From the NCBI GenBank assembly GCA_043228905.1, contig JBHGNT010000007.1, positions 10,416,001-10,480,000 of the forward strand: DNA of 64,000 nt, read 5' to 3'. Below, piece by piece: positions 12,206-24,054 of this stretch. A program made the translations under genes and the position numbers. The DNA is from Azolla caroliniana. Its lineage: Eukaryota; Plantae; Polypodiophyta. The first letter of the stretch is position 1; every line of letters begins with the position of its first letter. Under the pieces are notes generated by a model. That model worked only from the letters and a program-made list of their open reading frames with translations. It made no database searches and was not told the origin of the DNA.

Positions 12206-12827
12206 TGTCGTGAAGAAACCCGTCCACAAGCGGAATCGGTGCACAGGAGCGTAGGAACTGGCTCTTCTCGAATGTTGTCCATAGGAGATCCTAGGTAGGA
12301 AGTTAGTGGGAAACGGCTCCTTCCTTGCCTATAAAAGGAGGGAGACGAGGAGGGGAGAGGGATCGCGGAGAGTCGAGGACGAAGTGCTGTTGGTTTGTGT
12401 GCGAAGGCTTCTCTCTCTCTCTCTGGTTTGCAAACTCCATAGCTTCCTTCTGTGCAGGTTTCGGGAGGCTCGCGCTGCTCTGAGGAATGCCCGAGTGCTT
12501 CCGGCAGCACCTCCAACCTGCTCCTGTCTTTCTGTGCGTTTACGAACAGGCATCGGCATCTGTTCGCCGGCATGTTCAGTTGTAACTGACTTCGTGTTTT
12601 TGTTGCTTCCGTGTTTTGTTGTTTGTCTCTGTTTAATATATACATACATTCCTTCGTGTCTCTCTGTGTTGGTTTCCCGCTCGCGTCTTCGTGTCGAAGG
12701 GTCGTGTCCCTGTGGATCTACGCTCACACCTAGTGGGTCTCTTCCCTTCTCCTTTCTCTCTTGCTCTTTGGTACAAGACCCCCAAGGTCCTGCCTCATTC
12801 CACGCATCCGCGAGGAATACCTCGACA
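12206..12827 (+). repeat. 3' LTR of Trp-primed Gypsy
   Basis: Direct repeat of 5846-6467, preceded by purine tract TAGGTGGGGGCGGA. Confidence 0.96.
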
Positions 12828-15800
12828 GCGCTGGGCAGCTTTGTATCCCAATCGGTTCAGTTCTCATTGACAATCTTCTAGAGAATGTTCTGCAGAGTTT
12901 TATTGGTGGATTCAGCTAATCCATTGGCCTGTGGGTAATACGGGGTGCTTTGTTTGTGTACGACCGCATAAAATGTTGTTAGGCTTTCCACCACTTGGCC
13001 GAGGAAGTGTCCACCTTGGTCGCTGATTAATTCGATTGGACATCCATACTAGCACCAGATGTACTTGTATAGGAACTTTGTCGTTGGCGTCATGGTATTG
13101 TCACGTTGTGCCTTGGCTTCCACCCATTTTGTACATTAATCTGTGGTGACAATTATGTACCTATTGCCGGTTCACATTGCCGGTGGCTTGAATGGTCCAA
13201 TGAACTCCCGCTCCCATTTCTGGAATGGCTCTAGAGGTAGTACCGGCTAGTGCGGCATGCGCGCTTGTTCCGTTGGCTGGCCCATTCTTTGACACAGATC
13301 ACATTCCTTCGTATATCGGACCGAGTCCTTTAGTGTCGTTGGCCACCATAAGCCATTGCTCCATATTTTCCTTGTCGTAGCTTCTCCAACATAATGTCCT
13401 CTAATGACCCCACAATGCGCTTCCCGTAAAATGGTGTCTTTTTCATCACTCCGGACCACTCGCCGCCATATGTCGTTCGCTCCTTTATGATACAGTGTAT
13501 CCTGCACTAGACAAAAGTGTCGGCTTTGCACCGTCAATCGTTTACGTTCATCCCGGTTCATCTCCTCTAGGGGTAGTCCGGTGCTTAAGAACTAGTGCAT
13601 ATTCGTTAGCCATTTGTCCTCATTCGTGATTGTCCCATCTACCGTGGTTTCCGCTATAATTTTAAACAATCCGGCATCCGGAAATTTATCTTGAACTCCG
13701 TCACCAGTCTCTCCGGATTCTAACCGGCTCAAGTAATCACACCGAAGACGCATTTTGCCGGGTTTAAGCTTAACAGGTATCCTCTGCACTTTTCTAAGCA
13801 TAACCTGAGATGGTCGAGATGTTTCCCTTTCCGGCTATATACTGCGAAGTCATCTAGGAATCCTTGCATAAATACCGGTATGAATTCTCCAAATATTTCC
13901 ATAATAATCCTCTGAAAGGTTGTCGGCACCATCTTGAGTCCGAACATCATTACAACTGCTACAAAGACTCCCCATTCTATCACGAACGTCGTCTTTTCGT
14001 GATCATCCGGGTGCATCCTTATTTGGTTATATCCGCTAAAACCATCGAGGAAGCTATAAATCTCGTGCCCGGCTACCGCATCTAAAACTCCATCCGTAAA
14101 CGGAAGCAGAAATGCGTCGGTAACCGTTGCCGCGTTCAATTTCCGGTAATCCGCACAGACACGGATCTTGTCGTTCTTCTTCGGCACTATGACAATTGGA
14201 CTTAGCCAAGTGGCTTTCTTCACCGACTGGCTAAAGCCGACCCGGAGTAGCTTGTCAATTTCCTCCTTTACTCTTGCTACGTAGTTTGTGTTCATCCGAT
14301 AGCGTCGTTGTGCCACTGATTTAGCGTCCTTGCTGAGGTGAATCTAGTGTTGATAGAGTTGGGGGTCAAGTCCCCACATATCTTCGTAGGACCAGGTGAA
14401 TACGTCCCAGAATTCTTTTAATAATGTTACCATTGCCGATTTGTCTTCCGGTGACATCTCCTTGGCCATGTGTACCGGACGCACTTCCTCTCCGGTGCCC
14501 AAATTTACTTCTTCTAGTTGGGACGCTTTTACTTGTTGGGATACTGCCATTTCCCGTTCCAAGGCTTCTTGTGCTTGCCGCAATTCCCGGATTGCATCCT
14601 TATCCGGCTCCTCACCAGCCTCTTCCGTCTGCACAATGTATGGAGATGTCGCTTCTGCCACGTCCACTTCGAATAGAGGGACTATCCTTGGGTTCTCTTC
14701 AAGGTAGTGATCCACCTCCTCGTCGGCCAGTCCTGCCAGCATGTTCACGCTTTCGGCATATAGTGGGGTTATGTCTTTGAAGAGGCCTGCTTGCGGTTGC
14801 GTGGGTACTCTTACTTTCATTTTCCCTCTTCGGAATGTAATATTGTTCTTCTGCTAGTTCTGTTTGATATGGGTAGTCCTCAGCCATGGTCGTCCCAGTA
14901 GCAGTGTGTATGCCCCTTGAGCGTTCAACTGGAAGACTACCGCAAAAATTCGGAAAGCATGGCCTCCGATCATCACCTCCAAGTCCCGAATCAAGCCGGT
15001 CGGTTGGACTGAGCTAGTGTCCGCCATCTGGAGCCAGAATGGGCATGGTTCCCACTCCTGAATTCCCAAAGTGTTGCATGTCCGGAGGCTTATCACGTTT
15101 ACCTGATCCGCCATCGACTATCGTACCTGGTAGCTCCCGTCCTTTAATAATCGTAGTGATTGACGGACTGCTGGTGTCCACCACTGACTATCCTTCCTTC
15201 AGATTTGAAAAGAATGCCAGAGCTGGTGTAGGACTTAACAGAGCCAACACCAATTTCAACCCATCTGTGAACTGGGCCACTAGTTGTAGTAATCGGCCCA
15301 GTGGTAACGTAATTTGGCATTCCTGAAGTGCTTGCCACGTGGGGTTCTCCGGCTGTGCCTTTTCGGTGAGTTCCTCCACTACATTCGTTTGCTCTTTCAT
15401 TTCGGTGACATTGCGTTCGTTGGCCTTTTCAATCCATTCGGTGGTCTGTTTTTGTATGGCCTCTTGTGCTTCCCACTCCGTTGTCCTTTTGATCTGGTGG
15501 TGACTTGTTGTATATCTACTACTTTTGCTACCACCATATTGACTACCGGTCGTTTTTCATTACTTTTAACCGGACATTGGTTGTTGTAATGGCCTTCCTA
15601 GCGGCAATAGTGACAATACGCCTTCCGGGTAATTGCTAGATTCTGCTTTTGGCCTGGTACCCGGTTGAAATCCCGTTATCGCTCGGTTAGGTTCTTCTGT
15701 TTTTCTTGGTTCCGGTTGGGCGCTACTTATGCCTCTATTCGGCTCTCATTGGTACTCATTTGCTGGCTCCCAACTATCCTCTTTCCGAGAGTTCCATTTC

Positions 15801-17361
15801 TTAATAAAGCATCGGTTGTTCTTGTAACCCTACCGGTGCTGGTCTTCGTAGTCTCCTCGTTGGTTCTCTCTCCTCTGGTTGTAGCTTGGAGAGTAATTGC
15901 GATCATACCGGTCACCGTGATAATCCTGGTTCCTATCATACTGGTCCCGGTCATAAGTGTCCCTTCTCCGGTCGTAATCCGGGGAGTAGTCCCGTTCATA
16001 CCGATCTCGGTTGTAGCCTTCCCTACGTCGTTCATCGCGATCGTGCCCATAGTCATCGCATCTTCTATCATTGTACCGATCCCCACGTTCTGGTTGGTAT
16101 CAGTCCTCCCTCCAGAACCGTTCGTCGTCCTGTTCGTGACTGCTACGTGGTTCAATGTTCCACACCGGTGCCGCTTGTCGGTTGAACAGGTTGTACTCAC
16201 ATTGGTCCGTTGTGTGTGCCGGTGAGTGGCATATCATACATTGCGTCCTCATTGTGCAGTCTACCGTCGAATGGCCCGGGTTTAGACACGTTGTGCATTG
16301 CAACGCCTGGTGAAACCTGAGATCCTCCTTATTTGGAAGGGCCCTATGCAGGGCTCCCATCATCATCAGGGAGCTATGTTCATCCATTTCCAGCACCCGA
16401 TCAATGACTTGATCCATTGTGCTGGCTTGGAAATCTAGTAACGCGCACATCGTTCGGAGGGGTTCCCGTAGAGCGGCCAAAAACACCGCTTTCACCTCCT
16501 CCTCCGGAGGTGCCCTTGTTAACTAGCTATGTAGTGTTTGAAATTGGATGATAAATTGGGGCACTGTCTCCTACTCCTCTTGGTGGTTTGTGTAAAACTA
16601 ACCGACTAGTTCGCGTTGTTCCACTTGCCTATGGAATAGTCGAAGGAATTTTGTTTTCAAGGCCTCAAATGTGGCAAAGCTTTTGAGTAAGTGCTTTGCG
16701 TGCCAACGGGCCACCGGTCCCTCTAATGTCATGCCGAATTCAGCAATTTTTGACCGTTCAGCTCCCGGTTCGGTCAGCCTTTGGGATACATGATTCGCTT
16801 CCCATGTTTGTAGGAACGCATAGACGTGTGCCTCTGCGTCAGGGTCCTCTACGGAAGGTTGTACCGGAGATGTGTGGTCTAGTTCTTGCTCTACGGGTGG
16901 TGTTGGTGCGCGGTTTTCCGCTTTCTCCGCGGGTGGTGTCAATGAGCCATCCAATTCGTCATCCTCCGGATCGTCCAGAGTATCGTGGCTACTTTTGTAA
17001 TTCGATTAAACAGTCCGTTCACTATCTGATTCCAACTCTAAGGCCGAGAATGCCTCCAAGTCTCCGTTGCCTTCGGCAAGCATCCGCAGTCACGATTCTG
17101 CCTCTCGCAGGCTCGTTAGACTACTGTCCTCGTCGGAAAGTTGTTGTTTTTGGAACTGAAATGCTTCTTCCGTGACCCTCTGAAGCACTCTGGGAAAAGA
17201 CCGATCCTGTCGGATCTCCTCGGCCGCTTGCTGGAAGGCTTCCCGCCTTTGATGTCTTTCGGTTAGTCTTATTCCTTGTTTGGTGGCTTGGTCGTTAGTC
17301 GGTCGAGACATCCATCCCCCAGTATTCTCTGCTCATTGCAGGAATCGTGGTTGCCAAAATC

Positions 17362-17910
17362 TGTGTTATCCTTTAGGCTGGACAAGCCCTAACATAGGGT
17401 GTCCCTATGGAACACTTCACCAAAGGGTGGTACGGTGAGATATGGATAACCGTGGTATTGAATGGGTCTTAACCGGTTACTAACCGGTACTGTTAATGAT
17501 CATAACACACGCGTAAGATTAATTATATTAAGCACAGAACGGTAACCAAATAGACACTAAACAATATGTAAAACAACAACGCTTCTATTAATTATCCGTC
17601 CCTGATTATATTCTTGCCGGGTCCTTTTATAGGTCTCCGACTGAGTTACAAACCGGTGCCAACCGGCAACCGGCAACAATCCGACCCGGATCCAAATCAA
17701 CATACCGATTCTGGGTCCATCTGCCCGCTTCTCATAATACTTATTAATTACAATACCCTATCCCTAATTAAATACCCCTTTCACATTCTGGTCGGCCCTT
17801 TGGCATTGCCGGCCAACAGAGCAAAAGGTAAGAGTAGACCGAATCAATCATGATAATGAACCATACAGGCTCGACACGGACCTCACCTATGCCGACTCGA
17901 CTACATGCCA
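17362..17910 (-). repeat. Probable 5' LTR of the Gypsy host, followed by PBS-like TGGCAACCACG (17356-17346)
   Basis: CA terminus on minus strand at 17362, TATAAAAGG (-) near 17630, located upstream of gag; no partner LTR in the window. Confidence 0.6.
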
Positions 17911-17917
17911 ACCAACT

Positions 17918-18440
17918 TGTAACATAAATTTAGATTAGTGTTGTAATCTAAGTTTACGGGGGAGACAACCCCAAACATATGTACGTGTAGGAAAGAGTAG
18001 TCCTTTTACGGGGGGAGTTTGTTGGCATAAAAGGCCAACTCCTTCCACTTTGTATCCTAGTGTGAACTCGTCCATATAGTTAGGGCTTAGTATATAAGTG
18101 ATAACCTAACGTTGTATAGAGAGAGATCACTTGATCATATTGTATATCGAGTCTCTGAGAGAGAGAGAGAGATAGAGAACGTAATAGAGCTCCCATTAAA
18201 GATTCAATCTGTGTATATCTTTGCTTCTCTTTCTGCGTTGTTTTCTGAGTACGAACTGAGACAAATCCTCATACGTTTCCACATACACTTACGCTTCAAT
18301 TTCTGCTCTGTCGATGGGCTCATACAAGTCTTTAACTATGAGAAGGCCTTCCATCTTTATCTTCCAGTCTGAGAGTTTAGAACTATCATACCTGGGAAGC
18401 CGCTCACACCTCCTTCCATCTTTAACCAATTAGGGTTACA
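17918..18440 (+). repeat. Probable solo LTR
   Basis: Inverted termini TGTAAC...GTTACA, TATATAA at ~18091, (GA)n tract; no TSD found. Confidence 0.55.
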
Positions 18441-18479
18441 ACTCTTCTTTGAAACTCAAATGATAACCAATTAGGGTTC

Positions 18480-18987
18480 TTGGAAAGTTTGTTGAACTCT
18501 GTCGCCGCACTCGCTCTCACACACTCTCTCTACACATCGCTTTGTTATGTTCTACTTTCAATTTTACTCTATAGTTTTGCTCTCTGTTCTACTCATTGTT
18601 CTACACACTGTTCTATAGTTCTTAGTTTTCCCTAAGTGTATTTATACTTATACACTGTATGGGCTATTGACAAATGTAGCCTCTCCTACTATTGTTCCTA
18701 TTATTATAGTAATAATCAATTAACCGACTATTCGACTAACTGACTCCTATGTTGATTGTCTAGTCGGCCTTGTCGTCGGCCTGACTAGTCAGTCATGTCT
18801 TCGACTTGGATCACGCACACACACACACACACACATATTGTCGGCTCCTCCTCGTCATTGATTGTCGTCTCTCAGCCTGACCAATCGGTTACTCCTTGTC
18901 ATCGATTGTCAGCTCTCGGCCCTAACAGTCGGCTACTACTTGTCTTCGATTGTCAGTTCCTCCCATAGGAGGGACATATTCTTAACA
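18480..18987 (-). repeat. LTR fragment related to the Copia-1 LTR
   Basis: Minus start TGTTAAGAATATGTCCCTCCTATGGGA vs TGTTGGGAGACAGGTCCCTCCGGATGGGA; shared CCCTAAGT..ATTTATACT TATA region. Left boundary approximate. Confidence 0.65.
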
Positions 18988-21725
18988 TTATGCGTACATG
19001 ATGAAAGTGGCAGAGATACGTGAGTTGGAGAGCTATGCGGAGGCGGCATAGGATGCCAATTGGAAAATAGCTATGGAGGAAGGGATGCACGACTAGCCGA
19101 AAACGAGACTTGGGACCTAGTTGCCCCCCCAAAAGTAGTCAAGCCGATCGGCTGCAGATGGGTATACAAGGTAAAGTACAACGCCGACAGCTCCCTCAAT
19201 AGGTATAAGGCCCGATTGGTGGCCAAGGGCTACGAGGAGCAACATGGTGTCGTGAGGATTTTCGGCCATGGTGAGAAAACCCGAGAGGAACGAATAAAGT
19301 GAGATGTGCAACATTGCACATATACTTAGGAAAATTGTAACATAGGAGTAAATAGACAAATGTAAGAAGGAAAAGTAAAGGGGGGGGGTCAAAATGTGCA
19401 TGTGCAATGTGTGTGCACACAAAGGCGATTAATTGTGCGTATGCAAATTAAAAAGGAAAAGAAAGGGTGGAAAGGATGTATAGAAGCTCGTGTAAAAAAG
19501 TAAGAGAGAGGCGAGATAAAAGGTAGAGGGGAGACAAGCTATGAATTTGTAGAGATAGAATTATATATTACATAAAATAGAGTTAATGGGTTAGTGGATA
19601 GTCACATTGACTTCTAGTTAGAGGTGCATAGTTCAAATGTAGTCTTACAATGCAATGTGATTTAAGGAATTTTATTCCTTTTTGCATTAAAGACAAAATT
19701 GGCGACCCCCCTTCCTTTTTTCCTATAAAAGGAGGTTGAGGGGGCTCATTTGGGGGGGAGGAGGAGACTATCACCATTTTTCCTTCGGAGCTCTTCATCT
19801 TCTTCTTCACCACTTCTCTTCATCTCTTCATACCCCTTCATCCCCTCATCGCCACGTGCTCGTCTTCTTCGCGTTGGCACTCAAAGTGCTCATGAGCCCA
19901 AGCTTCGTTGGTTCGACGTTGCTTCGCCCCGTTTGTCGTTGCGAGCCCGTGTGCTCATCGTTCAAGTGGTCGTGGTTCGTTGGGGTTGGCATTTTGGTGG
20001 TGCTCGTGTGTTCATCTTCGCCGTGTTCGGTTTTGCTATTGTCTCTAAGGGCATTTAGTATTTATGTTTTGATTGAGCTTGTGGTTGACTAGAAGTTGCC
20101 ATTGTAATCAAACCCTATTTTATAAAGGGTCCTCTAGCGTTGGAATCGAACACGTATTTATTTCTTTGGCCGAAATCATTCATGTTTCCGTCTTCTTTCT
20201 TTCTTTCTTTGTCCATGTCTTCCTTGTACGTTCAGCCGTCTTGCGACGAGGGAGCGTTTCAGGCGTGCCCATGCACCTCTCCTCCTCATAAAGACGTCGA
20301 CGAGTCGTGATCAACGAAAGCCATCGACCTCACAAAACAAAGGGCAACAAGCCCTTGCTCAGAGAGGATTCGTAGAGAGAGTTTGTAAAGTGGATTTGTA
20401 GAGAGGATTTGTAGAGAGAGTTCGTAAAGTGGGTTCGAAGAGAGGATTCGTAGAGTGGGTTCGCAGAGAGGATTCGTAGAGAGAGTTCGTAGAGAGGATT
20501 CGTAGAGAGGGTTCGTAGAGTGAGGATTCGTAGAGTGGGTTCGAAGAGTGCTTTATATTTATAAGATTTAAAATAAATAAATAAATAAATATTTATCCCT
20601 TGAGTACTCCCTAAGACCCCCATGGTCCCGCCCAAGTAATACACGCGCGCGAAACTTTGCGACAACAGTGTTAACTACAATGAAATGTTCGTGCCAGTCA
20701 TGAAGATGACAATAGTCCATATGTTGTTGGTCGTAGCTGTGACAAAGGGATGCCATTTTCATCAAATGGACGTGAAGAACGCGTTCCTGCAAGGCAACCT
20801 TGAGGAATACGTTTTCATGGTACAACCTCTCGGTTTTTAGTCTGAGTTGAACAAATCGGCGGTTTGCCGATTGAAGAAGTCCCTTTACGGACTCAAGCAA
20901 GCCCTCAAGCTTGGAATGCCAAAATTATGCAGCGCCTACGTAAGATGGGGTTTGCTCTATCAAAATCCAAGTCATCCTTGTTCATCCGGCATGGTCAAAG
21001 CGGGCCAAGCACATCGAAGTGCATTGCCACTTCGTGCGCAAGCGTGTTCTCTCTAGTGAAGTGGAATTGATGTATGTTCCAATGGATCAACAGGTTGCTG
21101 ACATCTTCACCAAGCCCCTTGGTCTTGACAAGTTGCGACACTTCTCGGATATGCTAGGCTTACAACATCTTGAAGTACCTCACTTGAGGGGGAGAATTAA
21201 TTAGGGAAGAACAAAAGGATGCAGACTGGGGAGTAGCGAAGAAGACGCGCTAGAGCCAGAGCCAATTGGACATAGGGGCAGAGCTAGAAAGTCTTGGGCT
21301 GAGATAGCCAAAGGCCAGTTTGAAGACAAATCAGAGGTCGTAGATTCGGATGAGAGGAATGATTCGGACGAGCCAAATCACATGAAGGCCAAACGAATGA
21401 GGAGGTAGCCAAAACCGATGCAGATACGGACAAGCTAACGGGTCGAAGGGCGCAAAATCTGCAGAGGCAAGGAGAAGGCCGTTGAGGGCTTGAGAGCAGA
21501 CAAGCCGACCAGACGGGCCAAGGAGCATTGGATTGGATGGGTCATGGAGCGCAGGCAAGGAGGTATGAAGCCAAGAGACGCCGGAGTGGAGGATCAACTG
21601 GAGCTGAGGAACAACGACCTCAAGTTGAGCTTGAGGGGGTGTTTTGAGAGACAAGCTCAACATGAAGCTAGACCGATTGAAGAAGCCAACAGCCGGATCG
21701 GTTGGGAGGATCCATTGAGTAGCCA
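18988..21725 (+). mobile_element. Copia RT/RNaseH remnant (family of Copia-B/D) split by a solo LTR
   Basis: [51 protein letters not shown]; PPT at ~21630 then start of an LTR. Confidence 0.85.
19248..20664 (+). repeat. Solo LTR (1417 bp; TGTCGTGA...GCGACA) with a 15-bp tandem array at ~20360-20550
   Basis: Interrupts Copia RT at QHG|VNY; TATAAAAGG at ~19724; flanks ATGG/ACAG; repeat unit GAGAGGATTCGTAGA. Confidence 0.82.
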
Positions 21726-22685
21726 ATAGCCAAGGAGAGAACATTTAAGTGACTAGACCATGACTAAGAAGACGTCTGATTCAGTAATATATATCCAAGA
21801 AGGCTACTTCAACAATCCATTGCCAAGAAAACTTCTAATTTAGATTCCATAGCGAAGGAGACAGACAATTCAGAAGAGAAGACCCATGATTTAGAAGTTA
21901 TGGCCAAGAACATACCTGAGGTGTAACATCCATCATCAAGAATGAAATGCAACATATCTTACTACTAATGGTGGTACTAGATACGCGAATGCACATATAC
22001 AGACTAAGAGTTCTGGTCAAAGCTCATTTAGGTCAAAATGCCATAGAAGCACACAAAGCACTAATAACACCCTAAATTGTTAAACGGAGATAATTGCAGA
22101 GAAGCAAAAGAAGAAAGTACTTACCAAGTGGGGGTGGAGGTTCAGGTTTTAGGTCTAGGTGTGGGTGTGGTGGTTGTGTATGTGCAACAGGTTTCAAAAA
22201 TACAAAAATAGGTGGAAAAATGCAAATGTGCAAGGTTTTAGCAGCACTTCAGTTGTGCCCGGGTTAGGTTCAAACTTTGGGTTAGGTAAGAAAGTCTTGG
22301 TTAGGTTCTCTGGTCAGGTTAGGTTCGATGAACCAGGCAGGTTATGTTTACAGAATCACAAGGACCGAGTTAGGTTTATAGAGTTTGGGTTAGGTTTAGA
22401 AAATTACATTGCTCAGGTTAGGTTGGCATAGTCCGGTCCGGGTTAGGTAATGTCATGGCAAGATGTGCCTAGGTTAGAAATTACAATGCTCGGGTTGGAA
22501 AATGTCAATGCTCAAGTTCGACGTGACATAGGCTCGTCAGAGCTAGGTTGGGTTTTAGGGGCGTGTTTTTTTGTGGATAGAGATCGCATGCGCCTTTCGA
22601 GACATGCTTCGCACTGGACCGCGATTTCCTCACTATCATGCGGCGGCCACGCCTCTTTATTATTTGGTAAAGCAAATACAAATGC

Positions 22686-22690
22686 ATACA

Positions 22691-22720
<30 letters not shown>
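22686..22720. repeat. (TACA)n microsatellite upstream of HOP2
   Basis: Direct reading. Confidence 0.9.
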
Positions 22721-22721
<1 letters not shown>

Positions 22722-22825
22722 GAAACACGTACATATGTGTATGTACATACACCCACATACATACATATACATATGTCTTTCTTTTGTGGTGGCGGTGATG
22801 GTGTAGGCAACAAACAACGACAGCG

Positions 22826-24054
22826 ATGGCGCCTCCCCGACCAGACAGTGCGGAAGGTCTGTGTGCTCTGTCTCTACCCATGTTATGTGTTTTCTACCGA
22901 TCTACTCAAGGATCCATTGTTTCTTCTTCGTCTTTCAGGAATCATACTTAATTTCGTGAACGAGGTATTTTTCTCTGGTTCATTCATCATCCTTCTTCTT
23001 TCTTCTTCTTTTGACGATGATAGTTCTGCTGCAGCAAAACCGGCCTTTGAATGTCCAAAATGTAGCGGACGCTCTGCAGAAGCATGGCATAAAAAAGGCT
23101 ACAATTCAGAAGGTGCTGGATGCACTGGCCGACTCAGGCCAGGTTTCCTCCAAGGAGTATGGGAAGCAGAAGATTTACGTGGCGAGGCAGGATCAGTTCC
23201 ACATCCCCACCCCGCAGGAGCTACTGCAACTAAAGGCCGAAAATGAGAAGCTCAAGAAGGAATACGAGGCAGAGAAGGCTTCACTGTCAGGACTGGAAGG
23301 AGGTATGTATGGTTTAGGATGCATCGCAACTATTTCAGGCAAAACAATAAACATTCTTGTTATAATACTCTTCAGTTTCTCGATTGCTTCTCTTTTTGCT
23401 CCTTCTTTCTTATCTCTTGAGTTCCGCATTAACCAATTTCTTTAAGTTTTAAGAATGTTTCTTCCTTCGTATGCTTTCTAGACCTTCGTATGCTTGAATC
23501 CAATCTCACACTAGAGAAAATCAAAGAGAAGAACACGAAGATGAGATTAAACGTGAGTGTTACCGAGTGTAATCTCCGTTAGCTCTATTTCCTTCTTAGG
23601 GATACACAAAAATCATCAGTCGTTTTCTGTTTTCTGTACTCAGGTAAAGAATGCAGAAGAGAAGTTGCGATGCCTGCAGGAAGGAGCAATTTTGGTGGAT
23701 CCAGAGGAGAGGGAAAAGATCCAAGGGATCTGCATTGCCAGAGTTTCTGAGTGGAGGAAACGCAAGAAGGCCTTCAAGGAGCTCTGGGATCTGATAACGG
23801 AGTCCTTACCCAAGGACCTGAAGGAGTTTAAGGTCAATCCGTATCCAAAATCCATTGCTAATTTGTTTTGTGAACTCTTGATTCGGTGACACTTGGCTTC
23901 CATTTGCAGTCAACTAACGGGTATATAAAACATTTGTCTGTGTTCCTGATGATGATACACACTGCAGGAAGAACTGGGCATTGAGCTTGATGAAGATGTG
24001 CAGGTGAATATCCAGGATTATGCCGACCTTCTTCCGAAGAAGCAGAAGCGATAA
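22826..24054 (+). CDS. HOP2: Homologous-pairing protein 2 (HOP2/AHP2/TBPIP family), 6 exons: 22826-22856, 22939-22964, 23035-23302, 23482-23552, 23644-23832, 23968-24054; 223 aa
   Basis: All introns GT-AG with frame preserved; MAPPRPDSAEGIILNFVNEQNRPLNVQNVADALQK...KEYGKQKIYVARQDQF...WRKRKKAFKELWDLITESLPKDLKEFKEELGIELDEDV is colinear with plant HOP2. Confidence 0.96.

Larger units (their letters stand above)
5846..12827 (+). mobile_element. Full-length Ty3/Gypsy element, tRNA-Trp primed, 4-bp TSD (GCGC)
   Basis: 622-bp LTRs TGTCG...CGACA at 5846-6467 and 12206-12827 (15 substitutions by manual count); GCGC at 5842-5845 and 12828-12831; PBS, PPT, gag-PR and RT-RH-IN all present. Confidence 0.97.
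3279..17910 (-). mobile_element. Degenerate non-chromovirus Ty3/Gypsy element (host of the left nest); gag-PR-RT-(RH deleted)-IN plus an extra 3' ORF
   Basis: Gag ~16954-15580 with CCHC knuckles, protease VDGGS ~15120, RT 14316-13745 (FLDGFSGYNQI, FLDDF), integrase 13561-12832 continuing at 5845-5380 (DWDTKLPSALWAYRT across the insertion). Upper LTR boundary approximate. Confidence 0.88.

Noticed and set aside
15665-16225. Hydrophobic 186-aa plus-strand ORF as a membrane or env protein
   Set aside because: It is the antisense reading of the Arg/Asp-rich Gag tract.
22260-22560. Interstitial telomere
   Set aside because: GGTTAGG units are dispersed and degenerate, not a tandem TTTAGGG/TTAGGG array.
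23011-23445. ORF-track versions of HOP2 (144 aa and 110 aa)
   Set aside because: They run into introns; the spliced six-exon model explains the homology.
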